This document shows, piece after piece, positions 17,803-29,281 of a DNA stretch of 56,974 nucleotides (positions are counted from its first letter, which is position 1; each line of letters opens with the position of its first letter). Position numbers and translations under genes: made by a program. Where the stretch lies: positions 32,465 through 89,438 of the forward strand of contig DAIQRP010000001.1 of assembly GCA_036786125.1 (NCBI GenBank), written 5' to 3'. Under the pieces are notes generated by a model, which was given only the letters and a program-made list of their open reading frames with translations, had not been told where the DNA came from and made no database searches. The stretch comes from Sphingobacterium sp. (GTDB lineage: Bacteria > Bacteroidota > Bacteroidia > Sphingobacteriales > Sphingobacteriaceae).

Positions 17803-20172
17803 ATGATTAAATTTTTAATCAGTGCTTCGCTTATTTTAAGCGGGATGCAATGTGCTATCGCTCAGCACAGTATCAAAATTCAAGTTCGGGATCAAAGTTC
17901 CCGCGCCCTTATTCCTAATGCAACCATTACTTTAGGATCAGTTCAAGGTAAAACGGATAATCAAGGCACCTTAGTATTAAGCCAAGTAAAATCTGGAGCT
18001 TTTCTTATCCAAGCCTCCCATGTCGGATATCTACCTACAGAACAGCAAATTCAAATTCAAAAAAGTCAAGATTTCCAACTCTTTTTATCTCCTCAGCATT
18101 TGAGAACGGACGAAGCTTTCGTCAGTGCCACCAGAGCAGCTAATTATGCAGCGACCAGTTTTAAAAATTTAGATAAAAAAGAAATTGCCAAAAATAACCT
18201 CGGCCAGGATATCCCCTACCTGCTCGACCAAACACCTTCTGTCGTGATCTCTTCGGATGCCGGAGCAGGAATCGGATATACCAATATGAGTATTCGGGGT
18301 TCTGATGCGACTCGGATTAATGTTACCTTAAATGGAATTCCATTGAATAATGCCGAAAGTATGGGCGCCTTTTTTGTGAACCTCCCCGATTTTGCATCCA
18401 GTCTAGAGAGTATTCAGGTGCAACGTGGTGTCGGCACATCGACCAATGGTGCCGGAGCTTTTGGAGGATCCTTAAATCTACAGACCGATAAAGTAGCTGA
18501 AAATGCATATGCAGAACTCAATAATTCCTTTGGCTCCTACAACTCTTGGAAAAATACATTAAAGGTAGGAACAGGCTTAATGGAAAATAAATTCGCCATT
18601 AATGCACGCCTTTCAAAAATAAGCTCTGACGGTTATATCGATAGAGCCACTTCCGACCTCAAATCCTTTTATGTAGATGCAGGCTATTATGGGAAAAATC
18701 AAATTTTAAAAGCAACTATTTTCTCGGGAAAAGAAAAAACATACCAAGCCTGGAATGGCGTTCCTGAAGATAAATTAGCAGATGACCGAACGTATAATGA
18801 GTTTACATATGCTAATCAAACGGATAATTATACCCAGACCCATTATCATTTACATTATAATAATACCCTTTCTGAAAAGTGGGATTTAAATGCGGCATTA
18901 CACTATACCAAAGGTGCCGGCTATTATGAAGAATATAAGTTAAATGAAAAATTCAGTAAATATGGTCTAGACAATGTTATTATCGGTCAAGATACCCTTA
19001 AAAATACTGACCTAATCCGTAGAAGATGGCTAGACAATGATTTCTATGGTGCGACTTACGCCATTAACTATCGTGCACAATCCAATCTGAAATTTACCTT
19101 AGGAGGAGCTTTTAATCAATATAAAGGAGACCATTTCGGGGAGGTTATCTGGGCTAAATATGCGTCCAACTCATTTCCTACGGAAAAGTATTATTTTAAT
19201 AATGCGCGAAAAGATGATTTTAATACCTATTTAAAAGCAGATTATACGCAAGAGCGATATGCCATCTATGCAGACGTACAATACCGTTATATAGATTATC
19301 GATTTGAAGGCTTAAATAGGGAATTAATCAAAACGGATCAACAAGTACATCATAGCTTTTTAAATCCAAAAATTGGCTTTACTTATTTTATTAATGAACG
19401 TAGCAATTGGTACCTATCCTATGCCTTGGCTCATAAAGAACCGTCTAGAAATGATTATACTGAATCCATCTTTACTGAACGTCCAAAGGCTGAAAAATTA
19501 CATGATTATGAAGCCGGATATCGCTACCGCAGTAATACCTTAACTATTGGAGCGAATGGATATGCGATGTTATATACCAATCAACTTATCCTCACAGGAA
19601 AATTAAATGGAGTTGGAGAACGCCTGAAGCAGAATATCCCTGACAGCTACCGCATTGGTTTAGAATTAGATGGAGCTTGGGTAATTACGCCTAAATTCAC
19701 CTGGAAAGCGACAGCAGCTATTTCTCAGAATAAAATAAAAAATTATACTGACTATGTAGATGTATATAATACCGATAATGAGCAGGTTGCTATACATTAT
19801 GGAACTACGAATATTGTGTTATCGGCAAATACGATATTATCCAATTCATTTACTTATCTGATAGTGCCAAATTTTGATGTTTCGCTATTGTCCAAATATG
19901 TGTCACGCCAGTATTTAGACAATACATCTACGCAATCTAGAAGTATCGACCCTTACTTTGTCAGTAATCTACGCTTCAACTATCAGCTGAAAGCTTTGGG
20001 TTTAAAAGCGATAGATATTAACTTAGCTATCAATAATATTTTTAATGAAAAATATGTAAGTTCTGGAAGTACATGGGGATATATTAATGCCGATCAATCC
20101 AGAACCTCATTTAATTCATATTACCCGCAGGCAACGACTAACTTTATGTTAGGCTTAAATTTAAGTTTCTAA
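17803..20172 (+). CDS. TonB-dependent thiamine transporter (OMThi-like)
   Basis: Downstream of the TPP riboswitch; SDAGAGIGYT, IRGSDATRINVTLNGIPLN and QVQRGVGTSTNGAGAFG plug motifs; C-terminal Phe. ATG 17803 gives a clean signal peptide. Confidence 0.85.
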   Translation: MIKFLISASLILSGMQCAIAQHSIKIQVRDQSSRALIPNATITLGSVQGKTDNQGTLVLSQVKSGAFLIQASHVGYLPTEQQIQIQKSQDFQLFLSPQHLRTDEAFVSATRAANYAATSFKNLDKKEIAKNNLGQDIPYLLDQTPSVVISSDAGAGIGYTNMSIRGSDATRINVTLNGIPLNNAESMGAFFVNLPDFASSLESIQVQRGVGTSTNGAGAFGGSLNLQTDKVAENAYAELNNSFGSYNSWKNTLKVGTGLMENKFAINARLSKISSDGYIDRATSDLKSFYVDAGYYGKNQILKATIFSGKEKTYQAWNGVPEDKLADDRTYNEFTYANQTDNYTQTHYHLHYNNTLSEKWDLNAALHYTKGAGYYEEYKLNEKFSKYGLDNVIIGQDTLKNTDLIRRRWLDNDFYGATYAINYRAQSNLKFTLGGAFNQYKGDHFGEVIWAKYASNSFPTEKYYFNNARKDDFNTYLKADYTQERYAIYADVQYRYIDYRFEGLNRELIKTDQQVHHSFLNPKIGFTYFINERSNWYLSYALAHKEPSRNDYTESIFTERPKAEKLHDYEAGYRYRSNTLTIGANGYAMLYTNQLILTGKLNGVGERLKQNIPDSYRIGLELDGAWVITPKFTWKATAAISQNKIKNYTDYVDVYNTDNEQVAIHYGTTNIVLSANTILSNSFTYLIVPNFDVSLLSKYVSRQYLDNTSTQSRSIDPYFVSNLRFNYQLKALGLKAIDINLAINNIFNEKYVSSGSTWGYINADQSRTSFNSYYPQATTNFMLGLNLSF

Positions 20173-20223
20173 ATAGCGTATATAGCATCAAAATATATCT
20201 ATTTTTTTATAATATTTGTAGTT

Positions 20224-20682
20224 ATGCGTGCAATAATACAACGAGTAACGGAAGCTTCCTGTACGGTAGAAGGAATTATTACCGGACAGATTGAACAAGG
20301 CTATTTAATTTTATTAGGAGTAGAAGAAGCCGATCAGGAAGAAGACCTGCAATGGTTAGCTCAAAAAATTGTGAATCTTCGAATATTTAGCGATGAACAG
20401 GGACTAATGAATAAGTCTATTCAGGATATTCAGGGCAATATATTGCTCATCTCCCAGTTCACGCTCTTTGCTCAGACCAAAAAAGGCAACAGACCTTCCT
20501 TTATTCGTGCTGCCAAACCAGCTCTAGCTCAACCGATGTATGAAGCTATGATTGCTCAACTCAGCCAGCTATTAGGTCGACCTATAGCCTCTGGAGTTTT
20601 TGGTGCAGACATGAAAATTAACTTATTAAACGACGGTCCTGTTACCTTAATAATGGATACCAAGGACAAAGAAAATCATTAG
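20224..20682 (+). CDS. dtd: D-aminoacyl-tRNA deacylase
   Basis: MRAIIQRV, SQFTL, GNRPSF and NDGPVT motifs. Confidence 0.95.
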   Translation: MRAIIQRVTEASCTVEGIITGQIEQGYLILLGVEEADQEEDLQWLAQKIVNLRIFSDEQGLMNKSIQDIQGNILLISQFTLFAQTKKGNRPSFIRAAKPALAQPMYEAMIAQLSQLLGRPIASGVFGADMKINLLNDGPVTLIMDTKDKENH

Positions 20683-20683
20683 T

Positions 20684-21013
20684 ATGACTATAGAAGAAGC
20701 ACAACAAGTAATTGACAAATGGATTAACAGCACTGGGGTACGGTATTTCAATGAACTCACGAATACCGCTATCCTCATGGAAGAAGTTGGAGAAGTGGCC
20801 CGCATTATGGCGCGACAGTATGGAGAACAGTCCTTTAAAAAATCCGATGAGGAAGTCAATTTAGCCGATGAAATGGCCGATGTACTCTTTGTCCTTTTAT
20901 GCCTAGCCAACCAAACGGGCATTAATTTAACAGAAGCTTTGGAGAAGAATCTTATTAAAAAATCAATTCGAGATGCGGATAGGCACCAAAACAACCCTAA
21001 ATTAAAGGGGTAA
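20684..21013 (+). CDS. MazG-like nucleotide pyrophosphohydrolase (YpjD type)
   Basis: EEVGEVAR...LADEMADVLFV motif. Confidence 0.88.
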   Translation: MTIEEAQQVIDKWINSTGVRYFNELTNTAILMEEVGEVARIMARQYGEQSFKKSDEEVNLADEMADVLFVLLCLANQTGINLTEALEKNLIKKSIRDADRHQNNPKLKG

Positions 21014-21172
21014 AACACTTGTTTTCAAGCTTTCCATACAAACATTGAATCACAATAAAAAAAAGCGGATTTATAGGGCTATTATTTCTGAAAATTCATA
21101 CCAAATACAATATTCTGACGTTTATTATAATAACTTATAAAAAACAAATACGAAATCTCAAACCCTTTTATT

Positions 21173-21742
21173 ATGCTCAGTCAACAGATTAAAGAAGCAA
21201 CGAAGCAGGCTCATCAGCAATTAGAGAAAATAGTAGTGCAGAAGTTGAAAGCAGTAGAATCCGATAAGGATTATGCACAGGTATTAAGTTATTTTTATGC
21301 TTATTTCACAGCCATAGAGGAACAGATTAACGCCTATTTACCCGAATCCTTAGCCCCTTATTTACAAAGCCGCAGAGATGCTTCATATATAGCCCGAGAT
21401 ATTCAAGAGTTAGGAGCTTCTCTGGCAGATGTTCCCCCAGCAGTACGTCCGGAGATAAGTACCACAGCGCAGGCCATAGGTGCCTTGTATGTATTAGAAG
21501 GATCGATTATGGGAGGACCATATATTGTGAAAATGTTAGAAAAATCAGGAATACATAAAGGTTTTCATTTCTTTAGTGGATATGGAGATCAGTCTGCTGA
21601 AAAATGGGATCTATTCTGCCAGCTAATCAACGCGGAAGTTCAAGATTATGACGGCATTGCCTTAGCTATTATGGCTGCTCAAGATACCTTTCTCAAATTT
21701 GGAGAAACCTTTCAGGAGAAATCTGTCGGAATTAATGCTTAA
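21173..21742 (+). CDS. biliverdin-producing heme oxygenase (BphO-like)
   Basis: IKEATKQAHQQLE (proximal His), ALYVLEGSIMGG and FFSGYG motifs. Confidence 0.85.
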   Translation: MLSQQIKEATKQAHQQLEKIVVQKLKAVESDKDYAQVLSYFYAYFTAIEEQINAYLPESLAPYLQSRRDASYIARDIQELGASLADVPPAVRPEISTTAQAIGALYVLEGSIMGGPYIVKMLEKSGIHKGFHFFSGYGDQSAEKWDLFCQLINAEVQDYDGIALAIMAAQDTFLKFGETFQEKSVGINA

Positions 21743-21827
21743 GCATAAGATAGAAAAAGTATAGTACTATTATAGATTATTAATAACTTAGCCTTTGATT
21801 ATTAAAGGCTAAGTAATACTTATAATT

Positions 21828-23534
21828 ATGATAAAGACAATCTATACTTCGATTTTATTCTTGAGTATAGCCTGGAGCATAACTGGCTGTAAAAGTACGC
21901 AGCTTGCTTCCGGAAAGATTCCCGCGAAAGAATTTGCTCATGCTGCCGTCGTTTCCGCTCATCCGGAAGCTTCTACAGTAGGGCTACAGATTTTAAAATC
22001 TAAAGGAAATGCTATTGACGCCTCCATTGCTATTCAATATGCACTCGCAGTGGTATACCCCAATGCGGGGAATATTGGAGGAGGAGGATTTATGGTCTAT
22101 CGTGCTGCTGATGGAGAAATTGCAAGTTTAGATTACCGAGAAACAGCTCCCCAAAAAGCTTCCCAAGATATGTACTTGGATGCCCAAGGTAATGCCATTA
22201 CTGACTTAAGTTTATATGGTAGACTGGCTTCGGGTATTCCAGGCACGGTTGCAGGGACCTATGAAGCTCATTTAAAATATGGCCGCCTTCCGTGGAGTCA
22301 ACTTTTAGCTCCAGCAATAGCATTAGCGGAAAATGGTTTTCGCCTGACAGCCATGCAAGCGAAAGAATTAAATGAACGCAAAGATAGATTTCAGCAATAT
22401 AATCGCCATGAAACGGCATTCGTTAAAGAAGGTCTGTGGAAAGCCGGAGATCTACTCGTGCAAAAAGAACTGGCGAACACGTTAAAATTAATTGCTCGAG
22501 AAGGTCGGGATGGCTTTTATAAAGGATCCGTAGCTAATCATATCGTTTCAGAAATGAACCGTGGCGAAGGGATTATCTCCCATAGCGATTTAGAGAACTA
22601 TCAAGCCATCTGGCGCATGCCTATTTTGGGTTATTACCGAGGCCATGAAATTATCTCCATGCCTCCCCCATCTTCTGGAGGAACTTCTTTAGTCGCCTTA
22701 TTAAAATCTGTCGAACAATTTCCTTTAAGTCGTTGGGGCTTTCAGTCCGACTCCACGGTACGTGTAATGGTCGAAGCATCCCGTTATGTATATGCAAACC
22801 GCGCTAAATTTTTAGGCGATCCGAATTTTATTCAGGTCCCTACCATCCCATTAATGGACTCGACCTTAAATGCCTCGAAATTAACACATATGTCATTTAA
22901 TAAAGCTACACCAAGCTCTTCGGTCATGGCTGATATTATTCCAGGTTTTGAATCGGAAGAGACTACGCATCTTTCGGTAGTTGATGAGGAAGGAAATGCC
23001 GTTTCCGTTACAACGACATTAAATGGATCATATGGTTCCTTAGTGGTTGTCGATGGAGCGGGCTTTTTATTAAATAATGAGATGGATGATTTCTCAGTAA
23101 AAGCTGGTGTACCTAATATGTATGGTCTGATTGGAGGAAAGGCAAATGCTATAGCGCCTAATAAGCGCATGTTAAGTTCCATGACGCCGACGATATTAGT
23201 GAAAGATGGCAAATTATTTATGGTGGTAGGTACTCCGGGCGGATCTACCATTATTACCTCGGTCTTTCAAACCATCTTAAATGTTATCGATTTCGGATTT
23301 AATGCCCAAGAGGCAGTTTCAGCACCTCGCTTCCATCATCAATGGCTTCCCGATGAAATTGCAGTCGAAGCAAAAGCTATCCCCGCTGCAGTCAGACAAC
23401 AGCTGGAGCAATCTGGCTACCACTTTAAAGCAAGAACGGCTATGGGTCGTGTAGAAGCCATAATTATTCAACCCAATGGGAAGGTACAGACTGGAGCTGA
23501 CCATCGTGGCGATGATAGTGCCAAAGGATATTAA
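21828..23534 (+). CDS. ggt: gamma-glutamyltransferase (lipoprotein)
   Basis: GNIGGGGF, DYRE, catalytic TTHLSVVD, LNNEMDDF, SSMTPT and GTPGG motifs; lipobox ITG-C. Confidence 0.95.
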   Translation: MIKTIYTSILFLSIAWSITGCKSTQLASGKIPAKEFAHAAVVSAHPEASTVGLQILKSKGNAIDASIAIQYALAVVYPNAGNIGGGGFMVYRAADGEIASLDYRETAPQKASQDMYLDAQGNAITDLSLYGRLASGIPGTVAGTYEAHLKYGRLPWSQLLAPAIALAENGFRLTAMQAKELNERKDRFQQYNRHETAFVKEGLWKAGDLLVQKELANTLKLIAREGRDGFYKGSVANHIVSEMNRGEGIISHSDLENYQAIWRMPILGYYRGHEIISMPPPSSGGTSLVALLKSVEQFPLSRWGFQSDSTVRVMVEASRYVYANRAKFLGDPNFIQVPTIPLMDSTLNASKLTHMSFNKATPSSSVMADIIPGFESEETTHLSVVDEEGNAVSVTTTLNGSYGSLVVVDGAGFLLNNEMDDFSVKAGVPNMYGLIGGKANAIAPNKRMLSSMTPTILVKDGKLFMVVGTPGGSTIITSVFQTILNVIDFGFNAQEAVSAPRFHHQWLPDEIAVEAKAIPAAVRQQLEQSGYHFKARTAMGRVEAIIIQPNGKVQTGADHRGDDSAKGY

Positions 23535-23565
23535 TAATAGAGGAAAAGATTTCAGCAATAACTAG

Positions 23566-23609
23566 ATATAAAAAAAGCTCTTTCATAACTGAAAGAGCTT
23601 TTTTTATAT
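23566..23609. terminator. bidirectional terminator between ggt and groEL
   Basis: AAAAAAAGCTCTTTCA-TAAC-TGAAAGAGCTTTTTTT. Confidence 0.88.
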
Positions 23610-23624
23610 AGATCAGGATGATGA

Positions 23625-25316
<1,692 letters not shown>

Positions 25317-25352
25317 CTATCTTTTTGTTAATATGTAAACTTAATATTGATA

Positions 25353-25628
25353 TTATAATACGGCGTAGATATCAGCCTCACGCATAATTAAATATTCTTT
25401 ACCTTCATAAGTGATTTCAGTACCTGCATATTTACCATATAATACTTGATCACCTACTTTTACCGTTAAGGGCTCATCTACTTTACCAGAACCAACAGCA
25501 ACTACAGTACCTGACTGAGGTTTCTCTTTAGCTGTATCAGGAATATAAATACCAGATGCTGTTTTTTCTTCTGCAGGAGCAGCTTCAACTACCACTCTAT
25601 CTCCGATAGGTTTAATACTTAATGCCAT
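25353..25628 (-). CDS. groES: co-chaperonin GroES
   Basis: [25 protein letters not shown] and KYAGTE motifs. Confidence 0.98.
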   Translation of the reverse strand: MALSIKPIGDRVVVEAAPAEEKTASGIYIPDTAKEKPQSGTVVAVGSGKVDEPLTVKVGDQVLYGKYAGTEITYEGKEYLIMREADIYAVL

Positions 25629-25685
25629 AATAATCTATTTATAATTTAATTAACTTTTTATTTTCGTTTCTATATTCTATTTACG

Positions 25686-25786
25686 TCATCAATTATGCCA
25701 AAGCTATTTTTAGATAGATAGTTGACATTTTTTCTTAAATCTGTCTTTACAAATGTCAGTCTATACTTCAAAATGCCATGTTGTCA
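25686..25786 (-). promoter_or_regulatory. putative sigma54-type promoter plus TGnCA boxes upstream of groES
   Basis: Minus strand TTGGCATAATTGATGA (GG-N10-GA, 25686-25701), overlapping TAGCTTTG; TGACA 25723-27, TGTCA 25754-58, TGCCA-TGT-TGTCA 25774-86. Confidence 0.5.
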
Positions 25787-25914
25787 CCATTTAGATGAGA
25801 ATTTCCGACAGGATAAAAAATGTATAAAGATTGAGATTTCTGAATTTAAGTTTGCCTAAATTAAGCATTTTAATATGAAAACAAAGGCCTTGAAGATTTT
25901 AAAATTTGAAGCAT

Positions 25915-25948
25915 AAAAAAAAGCCATATCCGTGGGATATGGCTTTTT
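25915..25948 (-). terminator. terminator after secG
   Basis: AAAAAGCCATATC-CGTGG-GATATGGCTTTTT with a longer A-run on the left. Confidence 0.85.
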
Positions 25949-25970
25949 AAAATAACAGGTATATGCTTGC

Positions 25971-26351
25971 TTATTTCGTTGAATCAGCAGCATTTGTCGT
26001 TGCTTCTGCTGGAGGCGCTGTTTGCGTTGCAGGAGCAGTTTGTTGTGTATTGTTTAAATTTAAAGCTGGATTTGCTTGAGCAGGAACATCAATTTGACTT
26101 CCTAGGCCTCCTTTTGTTGCACCACCTTGTGCAGGACCTAAAACATTCATTGCTAAACAGAATACCATAATAGCAATAACTAAAACCCAAGTACCTTTTT
26201 CTAAGAAATCACCTGTACGTTTAACCCCCATAATATTCGTTCCACCGGCAAAACCTGAGCTTAAACCACCCCCTTTAGGGTTTTGGATTAATACGAAAAA
26301 GGATAATAAAACACTTGCCAAGATGATAAGGACAATAAGTATTGTTTGCAT
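25971..26351 (-). CDS. secG: preprotein translocase subunit SecG
   Basis: VLIQNPKGGGLSSGF...DFLEKGTWVL; two TM helices. Confidence 0.93.
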   Translation of the reverse strand: MQTILIVLIILASVLLSFFVLIQNPKGGGLSSGFAGGTNIMGVKRTGDFLEKGTWVLVIAIMVFCLAMNVLGPAQGGATKGGLGSQIDVPAQANPALNLNNTQQTAPATQTAPPAEATTNAADSTK

Positions 26352-26364
26352 TTCTTTATTATAT

Positions 26365-27384
26365 TTAATTGATTTTCTTTTCTAATTCTCTAATTTGTGT
26401 CGCAAAGTACGAATTTTTTTCTGGTATTTTCAAAATTAATTTTCTATATACCTCAATTGCTTTAGGATACAAGCCCTGCTCGGCATAAATGCGTGCTAAA
26501 GTTTCAGTTACCAGTGTAAACTGATCTTCTGAGGACTTTCTGGCCTTATTTTCCGTATTGATTTTATCGGGTTGCGGAGGTTTAATCTGCGGATCCTCAC
26601 GGATAAATTTTTCAATAACTTCATCCGTCTTTTTATGCACCTGAAAAGGTACAGTCTGCTTAAACTCTTCGCCCAATTTAGATTCTGGAGCCTGCAGGTG
26701 GAAGATATTTTCCTTAATTTGCTGATCCAATGTTTGGGCATCGATATGCTGAGCTACCTTCTCTACCACCGTATCCGTAGCCGATGCTTTAGGCATCATT
26801 GGATTCGCGTAGGGCTGATAAGTATGTGCATATTCCAGGCGTGTTTTATGTAACCACCATAAGAAAGAATAGGGCATTAAATTATCATTATAGATACTTA
26901 CACGTTCAGCATCTACAGGCTCTGGCGTAGGAGCAATAGGCTCAGGAAGCAGAGGACTTTCCGGTTTTTCTTCGATACTTTCTTGAAAATAGTCTTTTGC
27001 ACTTACCGCCCCTTGAATTAACTGATCTAACTGTAAGGCATCTTGCTCTGCTGCAGGATCTGCTTCCATATGCTCTTCGAGCTCAGGAATAATATCCACT
27101 ATCAGCTCCTCTTCTGCCGCTTGAATTAAAGTCGAGAAGTCCTGAATAGGTTTTGTAATATATTCAAATAACCAATTCGGAGAATTGGCATATAATAATG
27201 TCGATGATATATTAGGCAGCTGCTGATGTTCTAAAAACTGCTTTTTCTCATAGGCAAAACGCAGCGGTTGAGAATAAGGAAATTTTAAGATTAATTGTAA
27301 CAACTCATCCTCGGTAACTTTTGTCGGGTTAGCGAGTGCTTGATGATACAAGTCTGCAAATGCGGGTTGATCCATAGTCTTCAT
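26365..27384 (-). CDS. conserved Bacteroidota protein with C-terminal TPR
   Basis: N-terminal KFPYSQPL, acidic middle, C-terminal TETLARIYAEQGLYPKAIEVYRKL; lies between lptE and secG. Confidence 0.75.
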   Translation of the reverse strand: MKTMDQPAFADLYHQALANPTKVTEDELLQLILKFPYSQPLRFAYEKKQFLEHQQLPNISSTLLYANSPNWLFEYITKPIQDFSTLIQAAEEELIVDIIPELEEHMEADPAAEQDALQLDQLIQGAVSAKDYFQESIEEKPESPLLPEPIAPTPEPVDAERVSIYNDNLMPYSFLWWLHKTRLEYAHTYQPYANPMMPKASATDTVVEKVAQHIDAQTLDQQIKENIFHLQAPESKLGEEFKQTVPFQVHKKTDEVIEKFIREDPQIKPPQPDKINTENKARKSSEDQFTLVTETLARIYAEQGLYPKAIEVYRKLILKIPEKNSYFATQIRELEKKIN

Positions 27385-27394
27385 ATTCTAACGT

Positions 27395-27922
27395 CTACCA
27401 GTTTGCAAAAGCTCGATTATAAATATCCTCCGTTAACATCACAATAATATCGGCATTCAGTCGATCTTGTTGTGCATCAAATGGACTGCTTGTTGTCGAA
27501 AAGTCTTTAAAGCGTGTAAATGATTGCTCAAAGCTGTCATCTGTCTTTAAGTTATTGGTATATTTCACCTTAATGGTAACCGTCAAGCGACTCATCGCAG
27601 CACGTTCATTTCCAGCTTCAATAGCTACAGGGCTGATGGTATAATCGGTAATAAAACCTTCAAATATGGCATCTCCACCGGAGCTTACCTGACTTAAGCG
27701 AGACTGATTACGAATACGTTCCTTTAGACCTTCAGTAAAGTTCTGACTTAAAGTTGGGGAAACAAAGGGAGCTATATTTTCAAAATACTGGATATTGATC
27801 GTCTTCATTCCTTCAGGAATAGATCCCCCAGTGAATGAGTAGCTGACGCCACAGCGTACTCCTACTATTAGGAGGGCGCAGGACATGCACATATATAAGG
27901 CTACTAATTTTATTTTACGCAT
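27395..27922 (-). CDS. lptE: LptE-family lipoprotein (LPS assembly)
   Basis: CGVSYSFTGGSI, YFENIAP, FEGFITDY and DIYNRAFANW, typical of the Bacteroidota LptE family. Confidence 0.8.
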   Translation of the reverse strand: MRKIKLVALYMCMSCALLIVGVRCGVSYSFTGGSIPEGMKTINIQYFENIAPFVSPTLSQNFTEGLKERIRNQSRLSQVSSGGDAIFEGFITDYTISPVAIEAGNERAAMSRLTVTIKVKYTNNLKTDDSFEQSFTRFKDFSTTSSPFDAQQDRLNADIIVMLTEDIYNRAFANW

Positions 27923-27934
27923 GGTTAAATATAG

Positions 27935-29224
27935 CTATCCTAAATTTAAGTCTTTAATTTTTCTATATAAAGTTCGCTCAGAAATTCCGAGCTCTTGAGC
28001 TGCAGCTTTTCTTTTCCCTTTATGTTTTTTAAGGGCCTTTTTTATTAAGTCAGACTCTTTCTCCATTAAAGAAAGCGACTCTTCTACCTCTTCAGCATCT
28101 TGCGTGGTATAACGCACGAAATCATCCGATCCCGAATAATTAGAAGTTGATTTCGCAGGATTTGTGGATGGATTATGTATGGTTAAAGTCGGTGCAGCAT
28201 TTAATTCTGCAGGCACCAATCCATTTCCAGGTTCCACTTCCTGATACAAGCGATTAATATACGGAGAATTATCGTCAAAAGTTCCTGGATTCACTCCATT
28301 TTGGATTAATTCAACAACTAATTTCTTTAAATCCACCATATCCTTTTTCATATCAAAAAGAACTTTATAAAGCAGATCTCTTTCTGAAAACTCTTCTTTG
28401 GAAGAACTTGTATTAGAAACTAAAGTAGGCAAAGAAGATTTCGACTCTTCCGGAAGATATTTCTGTAAAATATATGCATCGACTACACGCTCTTTTTCTA
28501 GAACGGCAATCTGCTCGGCTATATTTTTTAGCTGGCGCACATTTCCGGGCCAGGCATAATTTTTTAATAATTGTTGAGCATCGTCAGTCAGCTGAATGGA
28601 CGGACTTCTATACTTATCCGAAAAGTCTACTACAAACTTTCTAAATAATAAATTAATATCATCCGGGCGTTCACGTAAAGGCGGTACACGTAAGGGTACT
28701 GTATTCAGACGATAGTATAAATCCTCTCTAAATTTCCCTTTTTGAACTGCAGAATAAACTTCCACATTGGTCGCTGCTACAACTCGCACATTGGTCTTTT
28801 GAACTTTAGAAGATCCGACACGGATATACTCTCCAGATTCCAATACACGTAATAATCGGGCTTGAGTACCTAAAGGTAGCTCTCCAACCTCATCTAAGAA
28901 TATCGTTCCTCCATCAACCACTTCAAAGTATCCCTTACGCGCCTCATGCGCGCCGGTAAAAGACCCTTTTTCATGGCCAAATAACTCAGAGTCTATGGTC
29001 CCTTCCGGGATAGCTCCACAGTTCACCGCAATAAAAGGACCATGCTTACGGGCACTAAGCTGATGTATAATATGAGAGAATACTTCCTTCCCCGAACCCG
29101 ACTCTCCTTGAATTAACACGGAAATATCGGTCGGAGCGACCTGCTTCGCAATATCTATCGCTCGGTTAAGTAAAGGCGAATTACCAATAATTCCGAATCT
29201 ATTTTTTATATCTTGATTATCCAT
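27935..29224 (-). CDS. sigma54-dependent Fis-family activator (AAA+ and HTH, no N-terminal sensor)
   Basis: GESGSGKE, ELFGHEKGSFTGA, FLDEVGEL, FREDLYYRL, WPGNVRQL; C-terminal AAQELGISERTLYRKIK. Confidence 0.92.
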   Translation of the reverse strand: MDNQDIKNRFGIIGNSPLLNRAIDIAKQVAPTDISVLIQGESGSGKEVFSHIIHQLSARKHGPFIAVNCGAIPEGTIDSELFGHEKGSFTGAHEARKGYFEVVDGGTIFLDEVGELPLGTQARLLRVLESGEYIRVGSSKVQKTNVRVVAATNVEVYSAVQKGKFREDLYYRLNTVPLRVPPLRERPDDINLLFRKFVVDFSDKYRSPSIQLTDDAQQLLKNYAWPGNVRQLKNIAEQIAVLEKERVVDAYILQKYLPEESKSSLPTLVSNTSSSKEEFSERDLLYKVLFDMKKDMVDLKKLVVELIQNGVNPGTFDDNSPYINRLYQEVEPGNGLVPAELNAAPTLTIHNPSTNPAKSTSNYSGSDDFVRYTTQDAEEVEESLSLMEKESDLIKKALKKHKGKRKAAAQELGISERTLYRKIKDLNLG

Positions 29225-29281
29225 GAATTACGTCCTTCATTAAAGATGAAGGGCTAATTACTTAGCCCATTAAAAATATGA

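Noticed and set aside
25629..25914. CIRCE/HrcA operator upstream of groES
   Set aside because: No TTAGCACTC-N9-GAGTGCTAA match on either strand.
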